A DNA stretch of 16,930 nucleotides from a virus. Taxonomy: Duplodnaviria; Heunggongvirae; Uroviricota; Caudoviricetes. The stretch lies in IMG/VR virus record IMGVR_UViG_3300000279_000019; one strand, 5' to 3'. The notes under the pieces were generated by a model. That model did no database searches, was not told the DNA's origin, and saw only the letters and a list, made by a program, of their open reading frames with translations. Positions 7,704-15,718 of this stretch are shown here, one piece after another; position 1 is the stretch's first letter; each line of letters begins with the position of its first letter. The position numbers were made by a program, and so were the translations under genes.

Positions 7704-7991
7704 TTACTGACTACAATTGTTCTTTTTTTGGTATTTCCTGAATGCCTCACCATTGGGCTGATGTAATCCCATCCCGGCATGTGCCCGGCTGATGGTTTCG
7801 CGCATCTCCCCGAAATTATCCTGCCTTGCTGGTGGGCGTGCTGCCTTGTGGATACATTCCGCGCGACGTTTTGCCGCCTGTTCCCGTGCCTTGTCATCAT
7901 TCGCCAGCATGATGACCTCAGCCCACCGCGCCGCCGCTCTCCGGTACAGACCACGCGCTTCCAGTGCTTCCGCTTTGCTGTCGTGAATCAT
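7704..7991 (-). CDS. PerC-like small transcriptional regulator (95 aa)
   Basis: ATG 7991, 4-nt overlap with the FinO-like gene stop; segment AEALEARGLYRRAAARW and C-terminal MGLHQPNGEAFRKYQKK resemble what I recall of the PerC/Pch family; assignment from memory only. Confidence 0.5.
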   Translation of the reverse strand: MIHDSKAEALEARGLYRRAAARWAEVIMLANDDKAREQAAKRRAECIHKAARPPARQDNFGEMRETISRAHAGMGLHQPNGEAFRKYQKKNNCSQ

Positions 7992-8530
7992 GCGCCTATT
8001 GTCTCCTTTGCTGCCCGGCGCTGGCGTTTGCGCTTCTCATTCAGCGCCACCAGCCGCGTTTCTGCGTCCTGTTGTTCCTGTGGTGTCACCTCGCCGCACG
8101 GCTGGCCTTTCAGGTCGTAGCGTACCCCACCAGCCATTAAGGCGCGGTAATAGCGCGGACACTGCGCATAAGATGCCAGCGTCGCACGCAATGCCCCTGG
8201 CCCGAATGCCAGCCCCCTGACGGCGAGATCCTGCATCAGGTCGTCGAATATCCCCACCTTAAGCGGCTTCAGTGCTTCCCGGCTGAATAAGTCAGGCCAC
8301 AACTCAGTGAGGCGGTTAACGCGCCTGCGGTTTTTGCGCTGGCGTTTGGTCATATGCCGCCACGGTGTCGCCCCTGTAGGCTTCTGCTGCGCTTTCTGGT
8401 TACCGGGCATCACTTTATGCGCCGATGTGGTTTTATCCTGCTCCTGTGCCGCCTGCGTCGTTTTCTGCGGCGTGCCGTAAATACCTTTTGGTTTTCTGTT
8501 AATGGTCAGCTTAGTCATGCTTTGCCCCAT
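7988..8530 (-). CDS. FinO/ProQ-domain RNA-binding protein (180 aa) with basic N-terminal extension
   Basis: Segment LTELWPDLFSREALKPLKVGIFDDLMQDL...LRATLASYAQCPRYYRALMAGGVRYDLKGQPCGEVTPQE aligns by eye with the ProQ N-terminal domain (LAERFPHCFS..ARPLKIGIFQDL...LRSALRLYTSSWRYL...RVDLDGNPCGELDEQ); alternative start ATG 8518. Confidence 0.7.
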   Translation of the reverse strand: MGQSMTKLTINRKPKGIYGTPQKTTQAAQEQDKTTSAHKVMPGNQKAQQKPTGATPWRHMTKRQRKNRRRVNRLTELWPDLFSREALKPLKVGIFDDLMQDLAVRGLAFGPGALRATLASYAQCPRYYRALMAGGVRYDLKGQPCGEVTPQEQQDAETRLVALNEKRKRQRRAAKETIGA

Positions 8531-8539
8531 CGTTACAAC

Positions 8540-8874
8540 TGTCTACCAACTGTCTACCGATATAATTGATTGATTTATTTAATGTTATTAACACATAACA
8601 AAAAAACAATCTGCAAACTGTCTACCAACGGTCTACCGCATTAATACATTGATAATTAATGATTTTTACTAAATGGTAGACAGTGTAGACAGTTAAAAGA
8701 GAAATTTAAAAAATGCCCCCTTAACTATCTGTTTTTTATATACCCCCCGTGGTTTAGGAATATAGAAATAACTGTCTACCTCTCTACCACATTGAAAATA
8801 TCTTTATAATTCAAAATATTAATTGGTAGATGGTTGGTAGAGGGTTAAGTGAATCTGTCTACCAACCGTCTACC
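8540..8874. repeat. Origin of replication: iteron array of (T)GTCTACC octamers in both orientations with an AT-rich spacer
   Basis: TGTCTACC at 8540, 8551, 8619, 8773, 8856; GTCTACC at 8631, 8868; inverted GGTAGACA/GTAGACA at 8675, 8685; GGTAGA at 8825, 8836; pairs spaced 11 bp; AT-rich block 8560-8615; lies directly 3' of the primase gene. Confidence 0.7.
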
Positions 8875-8901
8875 TTTACGTTTCAGCTTATAAATTTCGT
8901 A

Positions 8902-10707
8902 TTATGTTCTGTCGTTAATCCCTGTAGCTGCTGGCAACCAGCCATCAGCATCATCATCTAACAGAACATTTGTTATCACTCGCCCTTTATCCGGGCCTTT
9001 AGTGCATTTAGCCCGCTTATACTCCTTTCCGTATTCCGCCATAGCTCCTGGCATATCAGTACCAAAGCGTGTCAGTGATACTGGTTTTCCCAGGCCATGC
9101 GCTGACATATAGGCTAAATAAGCATGATACAGGTATCGCCTCGGGCTAAATGGCACTATTTCCGCATTGCCCACCATCATTCCTTCACATTTAACCAACG
9201 ACATCAGATAGCCGCAAAAGTCCACCAGTGAATCACCTTCGCGCTTTATCAACAGCGCTTCTTCTGATTTTTGCTGCTCATAAAGTAGTCTTTTAGCTTC
9301 GTCCTGGTCGGTAAATCGTGTTAGCAAATGGCGAATCACTACCGCCAGTTCGCCTTCTATCTTTTCCGCCAGCATGGGATCGCGTTCGTTCTCCGGTACG
9401 ACCTCAGAGAAATTAAATATCACCCTACGACGCGAGATCCCCCCGCTTCGGTCACTGAATGACATGGCGTTATTGTTTACCGCAAGCACTACTGCCGGAA
9501 TACGTGTGGAGTAGGGGGCTTTATGTTTCGGATCAATTGCCACCTTGTCGCCGCCAGTAATTGCCTTAATTCCTGCACCATCGCCAGCGTAGCGAGTCAT
9601 ATCCGGCATGATAATCAGCGAAAAGCCAACTACTAACGCGCGTTCCCTTGCGTCTTCCAGAGCCTTCATGCTTGCCGATACTGTGTTGGCCTTACCCGCC
9701 AGCATGGTACAAATCTCAGCCATCACACTTTTACCGCTTCCGCCTGGGCCTGTTACCTCAAGGAATAACTGCCAGTCGTACCGGTTCGCCAGCACCATGA
9801 ATAATGCCGCCAGTACGCGATCAGCTTTACGATCATTATCTGCCACCGAACGACGCAGCCACTTCCAGAAATTCGGCGCATGTGTTGCCAGCGTTTCCCC
9901 CTCTGCTGGTGGGCTGAACGGTAATTCACTGGCATTTAACAACCAGTCATTTTTGTTATGCTCCCGAAAATTTCCCGTCCGGGTATCAAATACCCCGTTA
10001 CTGAATCCAATAAGATTCCTGTCTGCCCCGCCCATAACAGGCAGGCTCAATTTCATTGTGTCTACGGCAAATTTAATGGCGTTTTGCGAATAACTGATTC
10101 CAGCATCAATAAAAATCTTCGCCATAGACCGCTGGAGTTCCTTATCAGATACAGGCACCCAGACAATTCCGTTGTAATGGTGAACTACATCAGAATCATC
10201 ATTTATAGCCAGTGCTCTTCCATAATATTCAAGTAACACTTCCCCTCTCTGGCTGGCTCCCATCTGATTTAGTGCTGGCCTGGATAGGTCAATATTTTTT
10301 GTGGCTAATTTCATCGCTGAAACTTCCCCACTCTCTGCCTGTTCGCGGATCCGTTGCAGGTAGTCGCGCCAGTTTTCCGGCTCCCGGTCGGTGATACCTT
10401 TGTATAATTTCGCGTCCTGTACACCAGCCAGCGCCAGCTTTTCAGCAATAGCATTGATCTGGATTGGCTCTATCTCCCCCGCGAGATAGACACGCGCAAA
10501 GCGGCGTTCATCGTCGACAATGCGGATATTCGCCAGGTCTGCCAGTTGCTTTGGCCCCAGGTAAACAGGAGGCACGTTATCGCCGTGTTTTCGTCCTTCG
10601 CTTTCAATCCAGTGTTGAGCATGGGCGTAAGCATCCGTCCCGGCAAAAATGATTACCTCGGTGAATTTATCCTTCGGCTGATATTTTAAATTCGGTGCGT
10701 TTTTCAC
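8902..10707 (-). CDS. P4 alpha-like primase/helicase (601 aa)
   Basis: GTG start with GGAGG SD 6 nt upstream; Walker A GPGGSGKS; D5_N-like FSNGVFDTRTG motif; general architecture typical of phage/plasmid P4-family primases; iterons immediately downstream. Confidence 0.85.
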   Translation of the reverse strand: MKNAPNLKYQPKDKFTEVIIFAGTDAYAHAQHWIESEGRKHGDNVPPVYLGPKQLADLANIRIVDDERRFARVYLAGEIEPIQINAIAEKLALAGVQDAKLYKGITDREPENWRDYLQRIREQAESGEVSAMKLATKNIDLSRPALNQMGASQRGEVLLEYYGRALAINDDSDVVHHYNGIVWVPVSDKELQRSMAKIFIDAGISYSQNAIKFAVDTMKLSLPVMGGADRNLIGFSNGVFDTRTGNFREHNKNDWLLNASELPFSPPAEGETLATHAPNFWKWLRRSVADNDRKADRVLAALFMVLANRYDWQLFLEVTGPGGSGKSVMAEICTMLAGKANTVSASMKALEDARERALVVGFSLIIMPDMTRYAGDGAGIKAITGGDKVAIDPKHKAPYSTRIPAVVLAVNNNAMSFSDRSGGISRRRVIFNFSEVVPENERDPMLAEKIEGELAVVIRHLLTRFTDQDEAKRLLYEQQKSEEALLIKREGDSLVDFCGYLMSLVKCEGMMVGNAEIVPFSPRRYLYHAYLAYMSAHGLGKPVSLTRFGTDMPGAMAEYGKEYKRAKCTKGPDKGRVITNVLLDDDADGWLPAATGINDRT

Positions 10708-10994
10708 TTCTTACCTCCCGCAACCAACATTGCCCGGATTTTTTTAATATTCGTGGCTGCACGTCTCGCCACTGCCTGTTGTTTGTTTTCCACCAGAATA
10801 AAATCACGCTCAAACTGACGGCGCGGCATTACGCAGTCATATTCGTAAGCCTCACGGCGGTAGGTGATATTGCCTGGCGTAACGTGACGAATAACCACTC
10901 GTCCCCCACGTCTGGTGTCGCGGTAAATATCTCCGTGTCTGATTTCAGGCCGAGAGAGACCGCTGGCAGTAAAGCCAGAATTTTTCCTTTTCAT
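10704..10994 (-). CDS. Hypothetical basic protein (96 aa), last small ORF before primase
   Basis: ATG 10994 with AGGAAAA SD; stop overlaps the primase GTG (GTGA coupling); Arg/Lys-rich. Confidence 0.5.
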   Translation of the reverse strand: MKRKNSGFTASGLSRPEIRHGDIYRDTRRGGRVVIRHVTPGNITYRREAYEYDCVMPRRQFERDFILVENKQQAVARRAATNIKKIRAMLVAGGKK

Positions 10995-10998
10995 GGTT

Positions 10999-11199
10999 TT
11001 ATTTTCCTGTCAGCAGTTCCGGTTTTATTTCTGCACGAATACAGAGTTCAGAAAAAAATTCAGGAGAACCCACAATCTCATTACTTTTCAGTCGGCATTG
11101 TGATTTCACTTTTTCTTTATCAAGGTAAACCAGCACGCGTCCGGTGAAATCATCTGGCACATTAAGCACTACGGGTACATGCGCTTCATGATTATGCAT
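10999..11199 (-). CDS. Hypothetical protein (66 aa)
   Basis: ATG 11199 with GGAGGA SD; 8-nt overlap with upstream ORF. Confidence 0.45.
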   Translation of the reverse strand: MHNHEAHVPVVLNVPDDFTGRVLVYLDKEKVKSQCRLKSNEIVGSPEFFSELCIRAEIKPELLTGK

Positions 11200-11425
11200 G
11201 GCTTACATCCTCCAGAGATTTTCTTCTGTAACGCGTCTCTGCCACATATTCAGCATAGTCCGACGCAATACTAAGAATCATTTCACCCTCTGACTTGTAG
11301 CCACTGGTATTGATAAGAAAATATGCAGCTTTCATCATGTCAGCAATGCTCAACAATGCGCCCGATGTATCTTCCGGTGCGCCATCAAACTCCTGTTTCA
11401 GGGAATTAAAACGATCATCACGCAT
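11192..11425 (-). CDS. Hypothetical acidic protein (77 aa)
   Basis: ATG 11425 preceded by a G-rich SD; overlaps neighbours on both sides. Confidence 0.5.
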   Translation of the reverse strand: MRDDRFNSLKQEFDGAPEDTSGALLSIADMMKAAYFLINTSGYKSEGEMILSIASDYAEYVAETRYRRKSLEDVSHA

Positions 11426-11783
11426 GTTTACCCCCCTGAATGACCTGATAACCGCAACTGGTCAGCAATTCGATAAATTCCGGCAGTGTGCCGAAACAGC
11501 AATCATCACGCAGACGTTCGCAGGATACTTCAACGCCGTTTTCGTAGTGACTCACCATACACCCGGTAAAATGCAGATCATCATCGTGATGGCACGTTGA
11601 CGGCTTAATCAGTCGCGCACGTTCCGCCAGTTCCAGCAATGCTTCAACGCTTCCGGCAATTGCACCATCCGGCAGGTGATAATTACTTACCACGCGTCCA
11701 TTCTCCACGTTGACCAGTAGCTGCCCGGAAAATATCTCGTCAAACTGAATGCTGTTAAGGTCAGAAATTGACAGGTTATGCAT
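11418..11783 (-). CDS. Hypothetical protein (121 aa)
   Basis: ATG 11783 with AGGAGG SD 6-7 nt upstream (the track ORF starts further up at 11801 without an SD); product MHNLSISDLNSIQFDE... Confidence 0.55.
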   Translation of the reverse strand: MHNLSISDLNSIQFDEIFSGQLLVNVENGRVVSNYHLPDGAIAGSVEALLELAERARLIKPSTCHHDDDLHFTGCMVSHYENGVEVSCERLRDDCCFGTLPEFIELLTSCGYQVIQGGKHA

Positions 11784-12000
11784 GGTGCACCTCCTGTACA
11801 TCAGCCATGATAATTTTTCCGGCCTTATCCAGTGCCTGATCGGCTTTCAGCTGCACAAATGCTAAATAATGGGAGATGCATTCTGATTCTCTGGCTGCGT
11901 GTTTATGCGCCACACCAGCGATAGCAGAAATCTCAATAAGTGAATCCATCAGCGTTTTGATAGCGTCTACCGCTGCATCAGGCCATGTTGCATTACACAT
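11776..12000 (-). CDS. Hypothetical protein (74 aa)
   Basis: ATG 12000 in an ATGTGTAA overlap with the upstream gene stop; coupled to the next gene by ATGCATAA. Confidence 0.5.
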   Translation of the reverse strand: MCNATWPDAAVDAIKTLMDSLIEISAIAGVAHKHAARESECISHYLAFVQLKADQALDKAGKIIMADVQEVHHA

Positions 12001-12358
12001 GCTCCACCTCCTGGCGAATACGGGCAGCGAATACCATCACGCAGCCATCAGGAGATTGCTGGCGTGCTTCCTGTTCGCTGGTGGCCTCGATGTGAATCAC
12101 GCGCGGTTGTGCCGTACTCAGGGCGATAAAACGCCAGATAAAATTGTTTTCGCATTTCTGAATAAACAACGTGTTTTCTTCGCGCCCTTTCCATGTTGCC
12201 GAGATATAGCCCATGTCATTGAGCATCTCGCAGGCATCAACCAGCGTATCGGCGGCTACATGAACAGTGTTTTTACCGTCAGCCATGCAATCACGGTGCA
12301 CCGCCAGGAAGGTGTATATAAATTTAGGGTGAGTTTGGGTATGCTGTGCCCCAGCCAT
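11993..12358 (-). CDS. Hypothetical protein (121 aa), first gene of the replication operon
   Basis: ATG 12358 with GAGGT SD about 5 nt upstream, located at the C-terminal end of a 512-aa open frame whose upstream part I consider spurious; product MAGAQHTQTHPKFIYTFLAVHRD... Confidence 0.5.
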   Translation of the reverse strand: MAGAQHTQTHPKFIYTFLAVHRDCMADGKNTVHVAADTLVDACEMLNDMGYISATWKGREENTLFIQKCENNFIWRFIALSTAQPRVIHIEATSEQEARQQSPDGCVMVFAARIRQEVEHV

Positions 12359-12447
12359 AATCGTTACCTCATTTAACGGTTTGGTTAGACGCCCCGCTAC
12401 TGCCGCAAACAGTTCGGGGCGTTGTCGTTTATATCCTCTTACTGAGG

Positions 12448-12523
12448 TGTGATTTAAATTAAATTTAACTGAATCACAGGTCAAGTATTTTTTGTGATTC
12501 TTTTTTGTGTATACTGAATCACA
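12448..12523. promoter_or_regulatory. Two dyad-symmetric operators TGTGATT-N17-AATCACA in the divergent promoter region
   Basis: TGTGATT 12448-12454 / AATCACA 12472-12478 and TGTGATT 12493-12499 / AATCACA 12517-12523, 45 bp centre to centre; TATACT -10-like hexamer at 12510-12515; sits between the divergent RHH-like gene and the replication operon. Confidence 0.55.
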
Positions 12524-12545
12524 TCTTTTGTTTAGGAGAATGCAC

Positions 12546-12851
12546 ATGGCAAAAAACACTATCAACGACAAATCAAAACAGATTTCAATTCGTATCCCAC
12601 ATGATGCTTTTGAAGGCATGGAATCCGTAAAACTGGACGGCGAAAGCAACGCCGGATTCATAGTAACCGCCATGCGTGGTGAGATCGCCCGCCGCCAGGC
12701 AGAAGGAAGCGGAGAAAATCCCCTAGTTTCTTCGCTCAATGCACTGGCGCAGGTGGAAAAAATCGGAGTCAAAGCTGTCGAGGAGATCGGGCAGCTCGTC
12801 ACCGTCGCACGTGAAGAACTCCAGCGCCGCAAGGCCAAAGAATCAGAATAA
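12546..12851 (+). CDS. Putative ribbon-helix-helix-type transcriptional regulator (101 aa), candidate master repressor of the element
   Basis: AGGAG SD 8 nt upstream of ATG 12546; N-terminal KQISIRIPHDAFEGM resembles an RHH beta-strand/helix start; only plus-strand gene here, divergent from the replication operon and adjacent to the dyad operators. Confidence 0.55.
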   Translation: MAKNTINDKSKQISIRIPHDAFEGMESVKLDGESNAGFIVTAMRGEIARRQAEGSGENPLVSSLNALAQVEKIGVKAVEEIGQLVTVAREELQRRKAKESE

Positions 12852-13523
12852 TAACTATCATCGCCGTGGTGTGAGGAACTCCGGCGCATTGCTTTACAGG
12901 TACACAGAATGACCAACAAAGAATCGACCAATACACCATCACCGGCACGGAAAAGACAGCGCAGAAAGATAGCGTACGAATATGAGTCAGACAGATTCGC
13001 GCCCTGTGCGTTTATCCTTGAGAAATTCCTTAAAGAGTACAGGCGCACAAAAATGGGGTCGCATACCTGGAAAACATCGCGGCATGGCAATGTTAAAGAG
13101 CAGGAATAGCCCACCAGCAAGCCAGCACACTGATCACATTGCCCACCAGCCGCAAATCTGGCATTGTTGGCGATGTGTTCAAGTGTGTAGCTTTCCCACT
13201 GGTGGCCCTCTGCGGTCGCCTTTGTTTTATCCAGAACGAAATTAGACATCAGATTGATCATCACCTTGCGACCTGACAAAATCGCATCAGTCGCGCCACC
13301 AGCAAAATTTTTTGCTTTCCGGACAGCGTGACCAACGACATTTTGCAGCAAAATATTCTGCATTTCTGGCGTGCTGTAGTAACGGTGATCAGCGCCTTCA
13401 CTCTGTGCGACCACAACGCTATAATCTGCCTCGTAGACAGTAAGCAATATGGCGCAGTAGGCTATTCGTTCACAAAGGCGCTCCGGCAACGGGGCGCTTT
13501 CTCTTTTTGTAACGGTCAGAGCG

Positions 13524-14372
13524 TTACACATGGCTGTTTTCCTCCATGCGACGGGCTAACCAACGCTGCGAAAGACGAATTAATTCAGCTTTCCGCTGGT
13601 GGTAGTCCAGGCCTAACTCAATCAGCGTGATATTGCTCTGCTCAAGGTAAGAAAGGTGCTCAAGCTGCAACGTGCTCATGTGGTCGCGTGGTTCGCCTGT
13701 GATGCCGTTCGCCTGCGTCCACTGTTTTGCAGTCATGCCACCCAGCACGATACGCGCCAGCATATTGGCTTCCGTGGTGTAGTGGTGCTGGAGTGTGTTT
13801 TTACCCAGTTCAGCCCGGTACGCCTCCAGCGCGGCACACATCGGCTTAAAGTAGCTGGCAACGGAGATACGGGCTTTCAGTTCCCGGCGTAACGCTGCGG
13901 AACGCACTGGCGCTACCTTGTGTAGCTCCTCCTCGCATTTGATGAAGTACTGACGAACGGCGCGGCCCTGTTCGGTGCGCTCGACCATCGCCAGTTCTTT
14001 CGCCATGTTCGTGGAGATCAAATAGTCTTCACTGCGACGATCACCGCCGCGCTTTGTTGTCCAATCAAAATCAAACTGTTCAATATTTACACTTTGGTTC
14101 CCCCGTTTCGGGGAATCAAAGTACAAATTATCTACAACTTCAAAATCCACGCCCTTTTTAAATCCGTACTCATCAATGCGTCCTTTAATCCAGGTTGTGA
14201 AATCACGCTTCACACCCAGCGCCTTATGCAACGCTCTGGCGCTAACAATATTGGTTTCACGTCCGCCAATAACGCCGGAAATAACCGGGATAATTTCGCC
14301 GAAATTTTGCAGATTCTGGTTTTCAGGCCGAACGAAGCCCTGCCCCTGTACGGGCGTTTTTCGCTGTTTCAT
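13524..14372 (-). CDS. AntA/AntB-type antirepressor-like protein (282 aa)
   Basis: ATG 14372 with AGGAG SD; segment IIPVISGVIGGRETNIVSARALHKALGVKRDFTTWIKGRIDEYGFKKGVDFEV and later MAKELAMVERTEQGRAVRQYFIKCEE match the AntA-family pattern as I recall it. Confidence 0.65.
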   Translation of the reverse strand: MKQRKTPVQGQGFVRPENQNLQNFGEIIPVISGVIGGRETNIVSARALHKALGVKRDFTTWIKGRIDEYGFKKGVDFEVVDNLYFDSPKRGNQSVNIEQFDFDWTTKRGGDRRSEDYLISTNMAKELAMVERTEQGRAVRQYFIKCEEELHKVAPVRSAALRRELKARISVASYFKPMCAALEAYRAELGKNTLQHHYTTEANMLARIVLGGMTAKQWTQANGITGEPRDHMSTLQLEHLSYLEQSNITLIELGLDYHQRKAELIRLSQRWLARRMEENSHV

Positions 14373-14450
14373 AAAAACTCCTGCTATCGAATTAAGTTAC
14401 TTTTTATTTGCTGGTGGATAGTTGGGGCTTCTGGCCCCGTAGCCATTTAA

Positions 14451-14648
14451 TCAGGTAGCTGTTCCGCGTGATTCCGCAATACGCTGATTAATCCACTCGT
14501 CAATTTCACTCTCAACGAAAGCAATAGCTCGCGAGCCAATTTTAACTGATGCAGGAAATTTACCTTGCCCCATAAGGCGATAAATCCATGCCTTGCTATA
14601 TCCAGTTCTACGCTGAACTTCCGTTAAACGAATAAGAGAGTTTGCCAT
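14451..14648 (-). CDS. alpA: AlpA-family regulator / excisionase (65 aa)
   Basis: AAGGTGA SD; LIRLTEVQRRTGYSKAWIYRLMGQGKFP...VESEIDEWINQR aligns with E. coli AlpA ILRLPAVIQKTGMARATIYDWL...IEAEIDEWLSQR. Confidence 0.8.
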   Translation of the reverse strand: MANSLIRLTEVQRRTGYSKAWIYRLMGQGKFPASVKIGSRAIAFVESEIDEWINQRIAESRGTAT

Positions 14649-14850
14649 ATATTCACCTTGTAACGTCTATAAAGGTGTACATAGCTTGCATTAAGAAAAG
14701 TGATATTTATAGATGCTTACCATTATGAATGGCGAATACCATTTCAGTGAAATAGCTCCACCTTTTTTTAATAATGGCGTTTACTATTTTAAGTATCATG
14801 CTGACGTGAAACACGAAGAAAAATTACTGTTCTTACGATTTAATCTGCAT

Positions 14851-14888
14851 TGGTGGTTACTTTTTTTTGAAAGGAAACCACCATTTTT
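14851..14888 (+). terminator. Hairpin plus T-run on the plus strand in the alpA / 238-aa intergenic region
   Basis: tggtggtt / 17-nt loop / aaccacca followed by TTTTTCTGG; no credible plus-strand CDS upstream; a possible sigma70-like promoter TTGCAT...TATAGA lies near 14680-14715. Confidence 0.35.
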
Positions 14889-14903
14889 CTGGAATAGCGA
14901 CCA

Positions 14904-15620
14904 CTATTTAACTTTTTGTTTTTTTGGTCTTCTACCAATACGCTTCAGATGTTCAGGCCTTAAAATCAGATTCACAGCCCTAGCAACATTAGAACCCGCC
15001 CCCCTTTTTTTCAAATATTCAAGTACCTCATGCTCTGTCGGAGCCGTCTGTGGGTCATCTGGGTCATACGTCGACCATAGTTCTCTTATAGCATCCTGCA
15101 CATACTCCAACCCATCACTCTTATGCCCATAAGTACACAAATACTCGTCAGGATTAATTACCTGATGAGATGATTCAATGATTGCTGGCGGATTAACTTC
15201 CTTAACAGGTATAGGGCGAGGGCATCTCGCAAAATCAACGCTCTCATTTTTTATCCACTCATATAAAGAATGGCGACTAATTAAAGTTTTATCCTTGCTT
15301 ATCTCATATGCACGATCGGTCAGTTGCGCTGATGTCAGACGTTTGTACTCAATATCACAAACATTTCCCCAATTATCGTATTCAACTATTTCAGAGGTAC
15401 ATTCAACAGGAGTTAAGACACCACGACGGATGGCTGTTACCATTCCATTAGCCAACCCCCATGCCATTTTCCAACGTTCATGTTTATTATCTCTGACATG
15501 TTCAAGAGTAGGGTAATCATAAGGATCAATTCCGGCCAACAATAAAGCGGCCTGGGTGATAGAAAACTCCTGTACTGTTCGCCAGTGGGATAAGTCAGGA
15601 ATGTTTTCCACAATTGGCAT
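14904..15620 (-). CDS. Hypothetical protein (238 aa) between int and alpA
   Basis: ATG 15620 with GGGGGAG SD (the track M at 15635 is a TTG codon); basic C-terminal tail RIGRRPKKQKVK; no family recognised. Confidence 0.6.
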   Translation of the reverse strand: MPIVENIPDLSHWRTVQEFSITQAALLLAGIDPYDYPTLEHVRDNKHERWKMAWGLANGMVTAIRRGVLTPVECTSEIVEYDNWGNVCDIEYKRLTSAQLTDRAYEISKDKTLISRHSLYEWIKNESVDFARCPRPIPVKEVNPPAIIESSHQVINPDEYLCTYGHKSDGLEYVQDAIRELWSTYDPDDPQTAPTEHEVLEYLKKRGAGSNVARAVNLILRPEHLKRIGRRPKKQKVK

Positions 15621-15718
15621 ATTCTCCCCCTTCAAGCGGTCTAATGTTAAGGCCGAGCCAGCTCTGTTTGCATCAGCCTTTTTAGGTGCTCAAAGTCTAC
15701 TACTGTATACTCAACCAG

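Noticed and set aside
6902-7741. Plus-strand ORFs 6902-7189 and 7202-7741
   Set aside because: Antisense shadow ORFs of the lipoprotein gene; Ser/Ala-rich low-complexity products.
7607-8220. ORFs 7607-7954 (-), 7779-8120 (+), 7792-7986 (+), 7990-8220 (+)
   Set aside because: Alternative frames or antisense of the PerC-like and FinO-like genes; Arg/Cys/Ser-rich products with no SD.
8540-8874. Short-repeat array considered as a CRISPR array
   Set aside because: Units are only 8 bp, occur in both orientations with irregular spacing and no unique spacers; the pattern fits replication iterons next to a primase gene.
9608-10236. Plus-strand ORFs inside the primase gene (9608-10093, 9958-10236, 10212-10394, 10464-10652)
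   Set aside because: Antisense to a confidently assigned gene, no ribosome-binding sites, products rich in Ser/Arg/Pro.
11993-13531. 512-aa minus-strand ORF taken as a single gene
   Set aside because: It runs antisense through the well-supported RHH gene and through the AT-rich operator/promoter region, and its middle is Ser/Cys-rich low-complexity sequence. Only the C-terminal 121 codons (own SD at 12358) are called; the N-terminal part is flagged as a possible pseudogene.
14713-15132. Plus-strand 139-aa ORF
   Set aside because: Reads through a hairpin/T-run and then antisense into the 238-aa gene; Phe/Trp-rich product typical of AT-rich non-coding DNA.
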